From: Spirulina sp.
GTDB taxonomy: Bacteria > Cyanobacteriota > Cyanobacteriia > Phormidesmidales > Phormidesmidaceae
Length of the DNA stretch: 43,743 nt
Reading direction: 5' to 3'
NCBI GenBank assembly: GCA_044070495.1
Contig: JBIPSI010000039.1
Span: forward strand, 1-43,743
How positions within the stretch are numbered: the first letter of the stretch is position 1; each line of letters begins with the position of its first letter. The notes below the pieces were generated by a model. It was not told the DNA's origin, did no database searches, and saw nothing but the letters and a program-made list of their open reading frames with translations. Positions 8,405 through 17,629 of this stretch are shown piece by piece. The translations under genes were made by a program, and so were the position numbers.

Positions 8405-8541
8405 GGCACTGGTCTCTTAAAAGGAGGTGAATCGCCACAACTGTTATGTGGCAAGGGTTATAGCCACTTTAACCCAAAACCTCGAAAGTGCTTGTCAAGC
8501 AAGGCTTTCAGCCATTCATCACCGATTAACAGACCGGTGCC
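8405..8541. mobile_element. MITE-like insertion (137 bp) with 6-bp target duplication
   Basis: Imperfect TIRs GGCACTGGTCTCTTAA / TTAACAGACCGGTGCC, flanked by CAGGTA at 8399-8404 and 8542-8547. Confidence 0.8.
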
Positions 8542-8870
8542 CAGGTATTGCATTACGGCTTCCGTGTATAAAAGCACACTGCTAAAGCTCTAAAATCGCT
8601 GTATCCCTTGCTGCATAATGAGTTTGGCCATGTCCCACGTAGGGTCATGAATAATCCAGGCTAAAACAATAGTCCGGATAGTTTTAAATCACTAACGACA
8701 GAATACAGGGTTCAGGCTCCTCATTAAGGTCAAATGCTGACAGTAAAACGTGAGTTTCAGTGCAATCAGTAGTTTTGCAGGGAGCATTCCCACATATAAC
8801 TCCAACGACTTTACCAACCAATATCGGAGAACGCTTTTTGCTGATATATTCCTGAAAGTATGGAGTCTCA

Positions 8871-8958
8871 GTCTAACAATCCCGTTGCACACCGACCGCA
8901 TCAAGCTGGTTAGTGAAGCCGAGAGGCTACTAGCGGCGGGTGAACGGGAACGTTAAGT
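8871..8958 (+). mobile_element. attC-like recombination site 4
   Basis: GTCTAAC 8871-8877 and GTTAAGT 8952-8958; arms TCCCGTT[G]CAC[A]CCG[A]CCGC / GCGGCGGGTGAACGGGA. Confidence 0.9.
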
Positions 8959-9035
8959 GGATAGGTTGACAGCCCAGACAGATCAATTCGTCGCCCCTTG
9001 ACTCAGATGTGCTGAATCTAGGGATCACCAGGCGG

Positions 9036-9155
9036 CTAGGGCACCAGCACTTTGCCTTTGAACTGGCTGGTGTAGAGGTCGTAATAAAGTCCTCTCATTT
9101 TGAGCAGTTCGTCGTGGGTGCCTTGTTCCACAATGGCTCCGGCGTTGATGTCGTA
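9036..9155 (-). pseudogene. duplicated, internally deleted 3' end of the ABC transporter gene at 9926-11722
   Basis: Translates YDINAGAIVEQGTHDELLKMRGLYYDLYTSQFKGKVLVP*, near-identical to that gene's C-terminus. Confidence 0.85.
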
Positions 9156-9512
9156 TTACTCAATCAGATGATTTTCGATGATTTGACAGATTGTTCTATC
9201 TGAAATGTCTCCTTGGTCAGATTTAGAGTAGATCGTGACCAGAATGATCTTGGCTTGAGTCTTCAGGTAGTAGATCACTCGGTAGCCGCCGCTTTTTCCC
9301 CGCTGAGCATCGCTATTTCTCAGTCGCACCTTAAAGACGGTATAGGCTATGCCCGAAATTTGGTCGCCGGGGCAATCTCCAGCCTGTAGTTGGGCGAGCA
9401 GAGGCTCTAGGTCTGAGCGAATGTGCCGATAGCGCTTGGCTAAGGCACGGAGGTTGCGCTTGAAGTCGGACGAAACCTCCAGATTAATGAATGATGGTTC
9501 ACTCGGCATCAA
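9156..9512 (-). CDS. RelE/ParE (HigB-like) toxin
   Basis: FKRNLRALAKRYR, VFKVRLRNSD..RGKSGGYRVIYY, ILVTIYSKSDQ motifs. Confidence 0.88.
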   Translation of the reverse strand: MMPSEPSFINLEVSSDFKRNLRALAKRYRHIRSDLEPLLAQLQAGDCPGDQISGIAYTVFKVRLRNSDAQRGKSGGYRVIYYLKTQAKIILVTIYSKSDQGDISDRTICQIIENHLIE

Positions 9513-9735
9513 TGCCGTCCCATAGTTCGGCCAGGGGAATGGTTTGACCAGTCATGGCTTCGTGCCAGCCTTGGCGAAAGCTGGCTTCGGCGCTTTTGAG
9601 GGTGACACTTTCGCGAAATAGACGCACAATCTGCAACAGGTTGGGCAGATATTCTGGGGGTGTTTGCTCAATCTCTTGCATTACGGCATCAAGTACAACG
9701 TTGTTGCTAGAAGCCATGGGGTTGCCTGTGGTCAT
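9499..9735 (-). CDS. cognate antitoxin
   Basis: 78 aa acidic ORF overlapping the toxin start; SFRQGWHEAMTGQTIPLAELWDGID C-terminus typical of this TA type. Confidence 0.75.
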   Translation of the reverse strand: MTTGNPMASSNNVVLDAVMQEIEQTPPEYLPNLLQIVRLFRESVTLKSAEASFRQGWHEAMTGQTIPLAELWDGIDAE

Positions 9736-9925
9736 GGGGTTTAGTCAAAGGACTGCCTTTAGTGTAGCCCTAGCGCAGGAGGTCTAGAGCACTGTAGTGA
9801 CGGGCTTTGCTACGGGCAGCGCTGTCCAAGGGAGTATTCCTGGCGAGGGGCGTGATTGCCGCTGTGGGTAATGCCCGACCTACGGCCTAGCCCATGGTAA
9901 GGGCTATCACCAGAGGGTTGAGGCT

Positions 9926-11722
9926 TTAAGGGACTAACACCTTGCCTTTGAACTGGCTAGTGTAGAGGTCGTAGTAAAGACCTCCCATTTTAAGCAGTTC
10001 GTCGTGGGTGCCTTGTTCGACAATAGCCCCACTGTTTAGGACGAGGATTTTGTCGGCGTGGCGGATAGTGCTGAGGCGGTGGGCGATGACGAAGCTGGTG
10101 CGTCCGGCCATCAGGCGGTTGAGGGCGTCTTGGATTTTGGCCTCGGTGCGGGTATCGACGTTGCTGGTGGCTTCATCGAGGATGACCAGGCGGGGGTTGG
10201 CCACCATCATGCGGGCGATGGTGAGCAGTTGGCGTTGGCCCTGGCTGAGGTTGCTGCCTCGTTCGGTGAGCAGGGTGTCGTAGCCGTGGGGCAAGCGCAG
10301 GATGAAGTCGTGGGCGTTGGCCTGTTTGGCGGCTTCGATGCAGTCGGCTTCGCTGGCCTCTAGGCGGGCGTAGCGCAGGTTGTTGAGGACGGTGTCGGAG
10401 AACAAAAAGGGTTCTTGCAACACGATGCCCACCTGTTGGCGCAGGCTGTCTTGCTGTACGTCGAGGAGGTTGTGGCCGTCGATGAGGATGGCTCCGGCGT
10501 CGATGTCGTAGTAGCGGGTGAGCAGGTTGATGATGGTGCTTTTCCCGGCTCCGGTGGGGCCGCAAAGGCCGATGGTTTGGCCCGGTTCGGCGATGAAGCT
10601 ATTGTGTTTGAGGACGCGCTGCCCCGGCACGTAGCCAAAGTCTACCTGGCGAAATTCTACCCGTCCTTCGATGGGCGGCAGGGGGATGGCGTTGGGGGCA
10701 TCCTGCACGGCGGGGGCTTCGTCCAAAATTTGGAAGATGCGCTCTGACGCAGAAATGGCGGCCAGCAAGAAATCCAGCGTATTGGCGATGTTGATGATCG
10801 GCAGGCCCATCTGGCGGGTGTATTGCAGAAAGGCGGTGACGGTGCCCACATCGGCCTCGCCGCGCAGGGTGAGCAGGCTGCCCACCAGGGCCACCAGGGC
10901 CACATCCAGGTTGGTGAGTACCAGGGTGAGGGGGCGGCTGAGCAGGGCCACAAACCTGGCCCGAATGCCTATCTCCATGGCGGCGCGGCTGACTTCCTCA
11001 AAATTGGCGATGGCTTCTTCTTGACGTTGATAGGCGATCACCACCCGTTCGCCGCTGACGGTTTCTTCCAGAATGCCGTTGAGTTCGCCGATTTCCGCTT
11101 GCAGGGCATCGAAGGCGGGGCCAGAAATGCGGCTAACCATCCCTAGAAAGCCCAGCACCAGGGGCACAATTACGCAGGCGGCGATGGCCATGCGCCAGTT
11201 CAGCAGCACCATGGCCAGGATGATGAACACCACCTTAAGGGTCTCGCTCAGCAGCATCCCTAGGCCGTTGCGGAAGAACTGGGCCACCACCTCGGCATCG
11301 TCGCTGACGCGGCTCATCAACTGGCCGATGGGTTGGCGGTCAAAGAAGTTCAAAGACAGGGTTTGCATGTGCTCAAACACCTGTCGGCGCAGCACGTAGA
11401 GGGCGCGCTGGGCCACATTAGCCAGCACCTCCCCCTGGAGCACCAGCAGCAGCCAGCTCACCACCGCTGCCGCCACCATCCACCCCGCCAGCCGGGTCAG
11501 GTAGGGGCCATCCAATCCAGCACTAAGGCTATTGAGACCTTGACCCAACAGGAAGGGAATGAACAAATTTAGGGCCGTCCCCACGATGAGGAGCACCACC
11601 ACCAGGGCCATCTCCCAGCGGTAGCGGGTGACGTAGCCCAACAGTCGCCCTAAGGCCTGGGGAGGTGGGGCCAAGTCTGGTGGCGCAATTTTGACCCGAT
11701 GACGACGCAAAAACCGTTTCAT
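9926..11722 (-). CDS. ABC exporter, ATP-binding/permease subunit
   Basis: TM domain + GPTGAGKST, LSQGQRQ, ILDEATS. Confidence 0.93.
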   Translation of the reverse strand: MKRFLRRHRVKIAPPDLAPPPQALGRLLGYVTRYRWEMALVVVLLIVGTALNLFIPFLLGQGLNSLSAGLDGPYLTRLAGWMVAAAVVSWLLLVLQGEVLANVAQRALYVLRRQVFEHMQTLSLNFFDRQPIGQLMSRVSDDAEVVAQFFRNGLGMLLSETLKVVFIILAMVLLNWRMAIAACVIVPLVLGFLGMVSRISGPAFDALQAEIGELNGILEETVSGERVVIAYQRQEEAIANFEEVSRAAMEIGIRARFVALLSRPLTLVLTNLDVALVALVGSLLTLRGEADVGTVTAFLQYTRQMGLPIINIANTLDFLLAAISASERIFQILDEAPAVQDAPNAIPLPPIEGRVEFRQVDFGYVPGQRVLKHNSFIAEPGQTIGLCGPTGAGKSTIINLLTRYYDIDAGAILIDGHNLLDVQQDSLRQQVGIVLQEPFLFSDTVLNNLRYARLEASEADCIEAAKQANAHDFILRLPHGYDTLLTERGSNLSQGQRQLLTIARMMVANPRLVILDEATSNVDTRTEAKIQDALNRLMAGRTSFVIAHRLSTIRHADKILVLNSGAIVEQGTHDELLKMGGLYYDLYTSQFKGKVLVP

Positions 11723-13515
11723 AGCGGGGCACCCCCTAGCTGGGATTGATAAATTTCTTGGTAGAGGGGGCTGCTGGCCAGCAGGGTTTCGTGGGTACCC
11801 TGGGCGATCAGTTCCCCGGCCTCTAGTAAAAAGATGCGGTCGGCGGTGAGGACGGTGCTGATGCGCTGGGCCACGTAGAGCTTGGTGGTGGCGGCCATCA
11901 GATTTTGCACGGCCTCCTGGACGCGGGCCTCGGTGGCCATATCCAGGGCGCTGGTGCTGTCGTCGAGGATGAGAATCCGGGGCTGCACCGCCAGGGCACG
12001 GGCGATAGAAATCCGCTGCCGTTGCCCCCCAGAGAAGTTGCTGCCTCGCCTTGCCACTGGGGCATCGTAGCCCTCCGGGATGGTGCTGATAAAGCCATGG
12101 GCATCCGCCGCCGCCGCCGCTGCCACCAGTTCCTCCTGTTCCGCCTCGGGCCGACCGTAGCCGACATTTTCCCGCACCGTACCGCTAAACAGAACGGCCT
12201 CCTGGAGGGCAATGCCCACCCACTGGTGCAGGGTTTCTGGGGCTAGGTCACGCACGTCGATGCCATCGATGAGGATGCGGCCTTCGGTCACGTCGTAGAA
12301 GCGGGGGATCAGGTTTACCAGGGTAGATTTGCCGGAACCCGTCGCCCCCAAGAAGGCTACGGTCTGCCCCGGCTCGATGGTGAGATTGATGTTTCGCAGC
12401 ACGGGGGTGGGGGCGTCCCCCGGTGCCGTGGGGTAACAAAAACTGACGTTCTCAAACACAATCCGGCCCTGGGTCGCCGCCGTCGTGGCAGGCAGTATGG
12501 GCTGGCTGGGCTGGTCAATGTTGGGCAGGGTGTCCATCACCTCAAACATCCGCTCCGCCGAGGCTTCCGCCGCCGTCACCTGGGGGGTAATCATGGCCAG
12601 CACCACCAGGGGTACTAGGATCGTCACAAGATACTGGGTAAAGGCCATCAGTTCGCCCACGGTGCTGTCGCCCTGGCTCACCGCCCGCCCACCAAACCAC
12701 AGCACCAGCGCCGTGGCCAGGTTCACAATCAAGAAAAAGCTGGGCTGCAACGCCGCCACGTAGCGCATTGGGTGCAGAGAGGCCTGTCGAAACGCCTGGT
12801 TGGCCCGGTCGTAGCGGCGATTTTCGTAGTCTCCCTGCACAAAGGCCTTCACCACCCGCACCCCGGCGAGGCTCTCCTGCAACACCTGGTTGAGGTCGTC
12901 CAATTTCTGCTGCTGCACCTCAAACAGGGGGGAAATCTTGAACAAAAACACCGCCAAAATGCCCAGCACCGCCGGAATCACCAGCAGCAAAATCCACATC
13001 AGCCCTGGACTGTTGCGGTAGATCAAAATCAGCGCCCCCACAAACATCACCGGAGCCTGGGCCAGGGACAAAATCACCTGCTGCACCGCCCCCTTAATGG
13101 CGGTTACATCGCTGGTCATCCGCACCATCAGGTCGCTGGTGGGGAACTGATCCAGGTTGCCAAAGGTAAAGGTCTGAATTTTGCGATACTGCCGCATCCG
13201 CACCGCGTGGGCCGTGCGCTCGGCAAACTGCACCGCATAGTAGGCATTGGCGATGGTGAACAGGGCACTACACACCGCAAACAACACCATCCACAGCACC
13301 GACCGCACCATGGCGTCGCGATTGCCCGGAATAATGCCGTCGTCAATCAGGCTCTGGCTCATCAACGGAATCAGCAGGGTAAACAGGGCCGCAATCGCCA
13401 AGAAAACCTGCGACATCCAGAAAGGCCGCTCGTAGCCCCGATAGATCTGGATGAACCGCCTCAGATTCGGCAGAAATCCCCGTAAAATCCTGGTATTTCC
13501 TGGTGTAAACGCCAT
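11719..13515 (-). CDS. ABC exporter, ATP-binding/permease subunit (degenerate-site partner of a heterodimer)
   Basis: GATGSGKST, FSGGQRQR, ILDDSTS, VAQR; start placed at ATG 13515 after AAGAGG; 4-bp overlap with partner. Confidence 0.92.
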   Translation of the reverse strand: MAFTPGNTRILRGFLPNLRRFIQIYRGYERPFWMSQVFLAIAALFTLLIPLMSQSLIDDGIIPGNRDAMVRSVLWMVLFAVCSALFTIANAYYAVQFAERTAHAVRMRQYRKIQTFTFGNLDQFPTSDLMVRMTSDVTAIKGAVQQVILSLAQAPVMFVGALILIYRNSPGLMWILLLVIPAVLGILAVFLFKISPLFEVQQQKLDDLNQVLQESLAGVRVVKAFVQGDYENRRYDRANQAFRQASLHPMRYVAALQPSFFLIVNLATALVLWFGGRAVSQGDSTVGELMAFTQYLVTILVPLVVLAMITPQVTAAEASAERMFEVMDTLPNIDQPSQPILPATTAATQGRIVFENVSFCYPTAPGDAPTPVLRNINLTIEPGQTVAFLGATGSGKSTLVNLIPRFYDVTEGRILIDGIDVRDLAPETLHQWVGIALQEAVLFSGTVRENVGYGRPEAEQEELVAAAAAADAHGFISTIPEGYDAPVARRGSNFSGGQRQRISIARALAVQPRILILDDSTSALDMATEARVQEAVQNLMAATTKLYVAQRISTVLTADRIFLLEAGELIAQGTHETLLASSPLYQEIYQSQLGGAPL

Positions 13516-13711
13516 GAGACCCTCTTTTACCAAGCTTCCTAGAGGATTACCATGTTTTTCCAGAAACAACGGGCTTGACTACAAAAGTCTCAATATTTAG
13601 CCCCTGATTGGCGAGGATTTAGGACTGGTTGGGTTCTGCTGTCGCGTCACCCAACCTACGAGCCGGGCTGTGAGAACTATAATTTGGACATACCCGCTGT
13701 GCTGGATCAGT

Positions 13712-13948
13712 ATGTTAAACCTGCAAAAATCCTATGTTTTTGGTGAGAATCAAGAACCCATTGCCGTACAAATTCCTATTGAGCAATTTAGGCAGCTTGA
13801 GGAAATTTTGGAAAACTATGGGTTAGTCCAACTCATGGATGAAAGGGTTGAGGTTGACGATCAGGAGCGTTTGAGCAAGGCCAATGCACTCGGCTACTAC
13901 GAACAGCTAAAGCAACAACATGTGGACGTAAGTATAAATTTCGTGTAG
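13712..13948 (+). CDS. putative antitoxin
   Basis: YVF.ENQEPIAVQIPIEQFRQLEEILENYGL motif, upstream of a RelE remnant; 3' end probably altered by the deletion. Confidence 0.6.
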   Translation: MLNLQKSYVFGENQEPIAVQIPIEQFRQLEEILENYGLVQLMDERVEVDDQERLSKANALGYYEQLKQQHVDVSINFV

Positions 13949-14046
13949 GCGATTATCGGGTGGGCCTGACGATAGATAGGAAAACGAAGACACTGATTTG
14001 TGAGCGAGTTGTGCATCGCCAGAAAATCTATAAGGTATTCCCATAA
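13920..14046 (+). pseudogene. internally deleted RelE/StbE toxin
   Basis: ATGTGGACG (MWT) fused out of frame to KYKFRVGDYRVGLTIDRKTKTLICERVVHRQKIYKVFP*. Confidence 0.8.
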
Positions 14047-14099
14047 ACCTGATGATTGCGTTTGTGAGAAGCAGTTTTTCCTAAAGAGACGCTTATTTA

Positions 14100-14244
14100 T
14101 AGCGGATTTTACTCGGTGAAGTACATTGCGATGATCCCCCCTGCCCCCCTTGCTAAGGGGGGTAAAGAGTGAACCTTAGACAGATAGGTACTAGGGGGAT
14201 CTAGAACCCAGCTATGGTGTATCTCACGCTATCGAGAACCGCTA
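14100..14244. mobile_element. MITE-like element with IS630-type-looking ends and internal CCCCCC/GGGGGG palindrome
   Basis: TAGCGGATTTTACTCGGTGAAGTACA ... TGTATCTCACGCTATCGAGAACCGCTA imperfect TIR. Confidence 0.6.
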
Positions 14245-14276
14245 CATTTGAGGCTCATTACGCTGTCTCATCAAAC

Positions 14277-16547
14277 CTAATCGGCTGAGGCAGATTTTTG
14301 TTCGTGCTGCCAATCGGCCCGCACTAGACGGATTTCATCAAAGGAGTAGCTTTCCCCTAGTCGTTCGCGTAGGTCGCTGAGGGCAAAGGCTTCCTGGGTG
14401 TCTAGAACTTGGCGGATGGCGGCTTGACGGTCGGGGGCTACCAGGGTGGTTAAATCAACGGATTCGCCGTTGAGGATTAAGTGCTCCAGATGGGTGCGAA
14501 TGGTGGCGGGTTTGAGGTTGCGCTGTTGGGCGATGGCGTCAACGCTGTGGCCCTGTTGAAACAGTTGCAGGGTGAGTCGATGGGTGTCGCCGATGGCGGG
14601 CGGGCCGCTAGGCGGGCTGGGGTTGGGACGCTTAGAACTAGCTTGGCTGGAACTGGATTGGCTGGGGGATACGGTGATCGGTTGGGTGGGGAGGCCATGA
14701 TCGGCGCAGAACTGGCGGATAACGCCCAAAAAAGCGTCGCCGTACTGGTCGAGTTTGCGGCTGCCGACACCCGATAGTTGGCCAAATTCCGCCAGGGTTT
14801 GGGGCCGTTGCTGGGCCATTTGCTTTAGGGTGGATTCGTGGAACACTACGTAGGGTGGCAGGCTTTGTTGGTCGGCCAATCGTTTACGTAGGGCTTTCAA
14901 TTCGGCCAAAAGCGCGACGGTTTCGGGGGCGTTATCGAACTTGGCGGATCCAGTGGTGGCCTTGGTTGCTGCGGGTTTGAGATCCTTGGGTACCGCCACC
15001 TGAACGGTAAGTTGTTTGCGGAGAATTTGCCAGCTTGCGGCATTCAGTTTGAGGACGGGGAATCCGTCGGTGGTTTCGTCTACAAGGCGCTGGTGCAGTA
15101 GGGATCGGCCTAGCAGTTTCCATTCCTCGACGGATCGATCTTTGCCAATGCCGTAGGTGGAAAGTTTGTCGTGACCGAGGTTGGTCAGCTTTTGTTTTCT
15201 GGAACCGCGCAGCACGTCAATAATATGCATCATGCCAAAACGTTCTTGGCAGCGGGCTACGCAGGAAAGAAATTTTTGGGCTTCAATCGTCCAATCTTCG
15301 GTGGGGGGCGGGTTGATGCAGTTATCGCACTGTTGGCACCGTTCGCTGAGGGTTTCGCCAAAGTAGCTGAGCTGAATGTGGCGGCGGCACACCGTACTTT
15401 CGGCGTAGTCCACCATTTGGCGCAGTTGTTGGCGGGCGATGCGCTGCTCGGTTTCGTCGGGCTTTTGGCTGATTAAATATTCCGCCGTGGCCACATCGCC
15501 GTAGGCCAAAAACAGGGTGCAGTGGGCGGGTTCGCCATCCCGTCCGGCCCGTCCGCTTTCTTGGTAGTAGCCCTCAATGTTGCGGGGAATGTCGTAGTGG
15601 ATGACAAAGCGCACGTCGGGTTTGTTGATGCCCATGCCAAAGGCCACCGTCGCCACCATCAGCCGCACATCGTCGCGAATGAACCGGGTTTGGTTGTCGC
15701 GCCGCACCTCGTCCGCCAGTCCGGCATGGTAGGGCAACACCGATTCCCCATCCTGGGACAGCTTCAGGGCCAACTCATCCACCCGCTTGCGGCTGAGGCA
15801 GTAGATAATCCCCGATCCCGTCTGCGATTTGACCTGCTGAAGCAACTGCTGGTAGCCATCCCGCCCCTTGGGCCGCACCTCGTAGAACAGGTTGGGTCGA
15901 TTAAAGCTGGAGACCTGCACCAACGGATCGCGCAGCCGAAGCTGTTGGGCAATGTCCTGGCGCACCCGTTCCGTGGCGGTGGCCGTTAGGGCCAGCAAAC
16001 TAATCTGAGGGAAGCGCTCCCGCAGTTCGTGCAGCCGCCGATACTCAGGCCGAAAATCGTGGCCCCACTCGCTCACACAGTGGGCCTCATCAATGGCAAA
16101 GCCGCTAATGCCCACGGTTTGACTGAGGTTATTGAGAAACTGGATAAACCCCGCATTCTGCAACCGTTCCGGCGACACGTAGAGCAGCTTGATCTCCCCC
16201 CGCAGCAGGGCCGCTTCCCGCTGGCGCAGGGTGTCAAAATCTAGGGAACTATTCAAAAACGTGGCGGCAACGCCGTTATCTTGCAGCCCCGCCACCTGAT
16301 CCTGCATCAGGGCAATCAGCGGCGATACCACCACCATCACCCCCACCTTCAGCAACGCAGGCAACTGGTAACACAGGGATTTGCCGCCCCCCGTGGGCAT
16401 AATCACCAGGGTGTCCTGGTTCTTCAGGGCCGACTCAATCACCCGCCGCTGCCCAGGCCGAAACTCGTCGTAGCCAAAGTGATGCTTCAGCGCCTTTTCC
16501 AAGGAAGGAAAGTTTGCCACGGGAGTTGCTGTCTGAACCATGCTCAT
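14277..16547 (-). CDS. recQ: DNA helicase RecQ
   Basis: MPTGGGKSLCYQLP, IDEAHCVSEWGHDFRPEY, YYQESGRAGRDG, Zn, RQC and HRDC regions; start uncertain (16547/16541). Confidence 0.97.
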   Translation of the reverse strand: MSMVQTATPVANFPSLEKALKHHFGYDEFRPGQRRVIESALKNQDTLVIMPTGGGKSLCYQLPALLKVGVMVVVSPLIALMQDQVAGLQDNGVAATFLNSSLDFDTLRQREAALLRGEIKLLYVSPERLQNAGFIQFLNNLSQTVGISGFAIDEAHCVSEWGHDFRPEYRRLHELRERFPQISLLALTATATERVRQDIAQQLRLRDPLVQVSSFNRPNLFYEVRPKGRDGYQQLLQQVKSQTGSGIIYCLSRKRVDELALKLSQDGESVLPYHAGLADEVRRDNQTRFIRDDVRLMVATVAFGMGINKPDVRFVIHYDIPRNIEGYYQESGRAGRDGEPAHCTLFLAYGDVATAEYLISQKPDETEQRIARQQLRQMVDYAESTVCRRHIQLSYFGETLSERCQQCDNCINPPPTEDWTIEAQKFLSCVARCQERFGMMHIIDVLRGSRKQKLTNLGHDKLSTYGIGKDRSVEEWKLLGRSLLHQRLVDETTDGFPVLKLNAASWQILRKQLTVQVAVPKDLKPAATKATTGSAKFDNAPETVALLAELKALRKRLADQQSLPPYVVFHESTLKQMAQQRPQTLAEFGQLSGVGSRKLDQYGDAFLGVIRQFCADHGLPTQPITVSPSQSSSSQASSKRPNPSPPSGPPAIGDTHRLTLQLFQQGHSVDAIAQQRNLKPATIRTHLEHLILNGESVDLTTLVAPDRQAAIRQVLDTQEAFALSDLRERLGESYSFDEIRLVRADWQHEQKSASAD

Positions 16548-16931
16548 CGTTTCGCTACCGAATAACCCTGCGTTGCCTAGGGTGCCCACCCTAGCTGGGG
16601 GCGAACCCTTCCTGATTGTAATTCAGCCATACTAGGGGATCGCCATGGTCGCTGTTGGTTTTGCCTGGGTGACGGCCCATGGGGTTCTCCTTAAGTAGGG
16701 CTTGCTGAAAAAGTACCCAAAGCCAAGTGGATAGGCTGATTTGGCGTGGTTGAGAGCGGCTAAAGTGCAAGGAAAATTGTGCAGTGCCCCTGAAATCCTC
16801 GGACGCAGAGACCGATTTAGCACCCCGATTTCCTTAAGAAACCGGGGTGCTTGGGGGCAGGTAATTTGCTTTGCCGTGCGAGTTTTCTAGGGGCTAAATG
16901 TTCTGCCCAGCGACAGAATCTTCTGTGGGGG

Positions 16932-17558
16932 TTAGTGTTCAAAGAGGTTGTTGTATTGCAGCAAATCGAGGCTGACAAAGGTGGGTAGGCAGCGGAAACA
17001 ATCCTGGGCCAATTCCCAGCGGCCTTCCCGCTTTAGCATGGCCTCTAGGCTGCGGTGAATGCTGTGCAGGTAGCGTACATCGTTGGCGGCGTAGCGCAGT
17101 TGGTCTTCCGAAAGGTTCATGGCGTTGCCCCAGTCGGAACTTTGGGCGGTTTTGTCCAGTTCGGTGCCCTCTAGTTCCTTGACAACGTCCTTGAGGCCAT
17201 GTTTAGGACTGTAGGTGCGGCCTAGTTTGCTGGCAATTTTGGTGCAAAAAACGGGGCTGACCGCAATGCCGAGGTGGTAGCGCAGGGTGGCCAAATCAAA
17301 CCGAGCGAAGTGGAACAATTTAAGGATGTGGTCGGCCTCTAGCAGTTGCTTAAGGTTGGGGGCGGCGGTTTGGCCGGGGGCAACGCGCACTACGGAAACA
17401 TAGCCCTCTGGATCGCTGAGCTGCACTAGGCAGAGGCGATCTCTCTGGGGCAGGAGGCCCATGGTTTCGGTATCGCAGGCGATCACCTCTGCCTGGAGAT
17501 AGCGATCTAATAAATCTGTGGAAATGTCGCGATCAAAAATCTCAAAATTGTCTGCCAT
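16932..17558 (-). CDS. rnd: ribonuclease D-like 3'-5' exonuclease
   Basis: ACDTETMGL, LFHFARFDL, SSDWG, QLRYAANDV (DEDDy). Confidence 0.9.
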   Translation of the reverse strand: MADNFEIFDRDISTDLLDRYLQAEVIACDTETMGLLPQRDRLCLVQLSDPEGYVSVVRVAPGQTAAPNLKQLLEADHILKLFHFARFDLATLRYHLGIAVSPVFCTKIASKLGRTYSPKHGLKDVVKELEGTELDKTAQSSDWGNAMNLSEDQLRYAANDVRYLHSIHRSLEAMLKREGRWELAQDCFRCLPTFVSLDLLQYNNLFEH

Positions 17559-17629
17559 AACCGATCTGTGTTGGTTGTATGTTGTCCGTTGACGAATGCT
17601 GTTGGCGAAATATTCCTTAACTTAACGTT

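Noticed and set aside
8548..8870. Further IS-end remnants (CTTCCGTGTATA at ~8559; GGGTCATGAATAATCCAGGCTA at ~8642) and ORF 8750-8956
   Set aside because: No matching partner ends or target duplications found; the ORF runs through the attC and has no RBS or recognisable motif
58..8958. attC-like palindromes as simple terminators or CRISPR repeats
   Set aside because: No U-tails, kb-scale spacing, conserved AAC/GTT cores and bulges, and cross-cassette heptamer matching fit attC instead
1..9000. Integron integrase (intI) or attI site
   Set aside because: No ORF with tyrosine-recombinase motifs in the window; it can only lie outside, so integron versus integrase-less array is undecided
9009..9203. 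64-aa plus-strand ORF
   Set aside because: Antisense shadow of the ABC remnant and the toxin end
10008..16565. Many overlapping ORFs, including 12772-13485 (237 aa) and 15522-15989
   Set aside because: Antisense or alternative-frame shadows of the high-GC ABC and recQ genes
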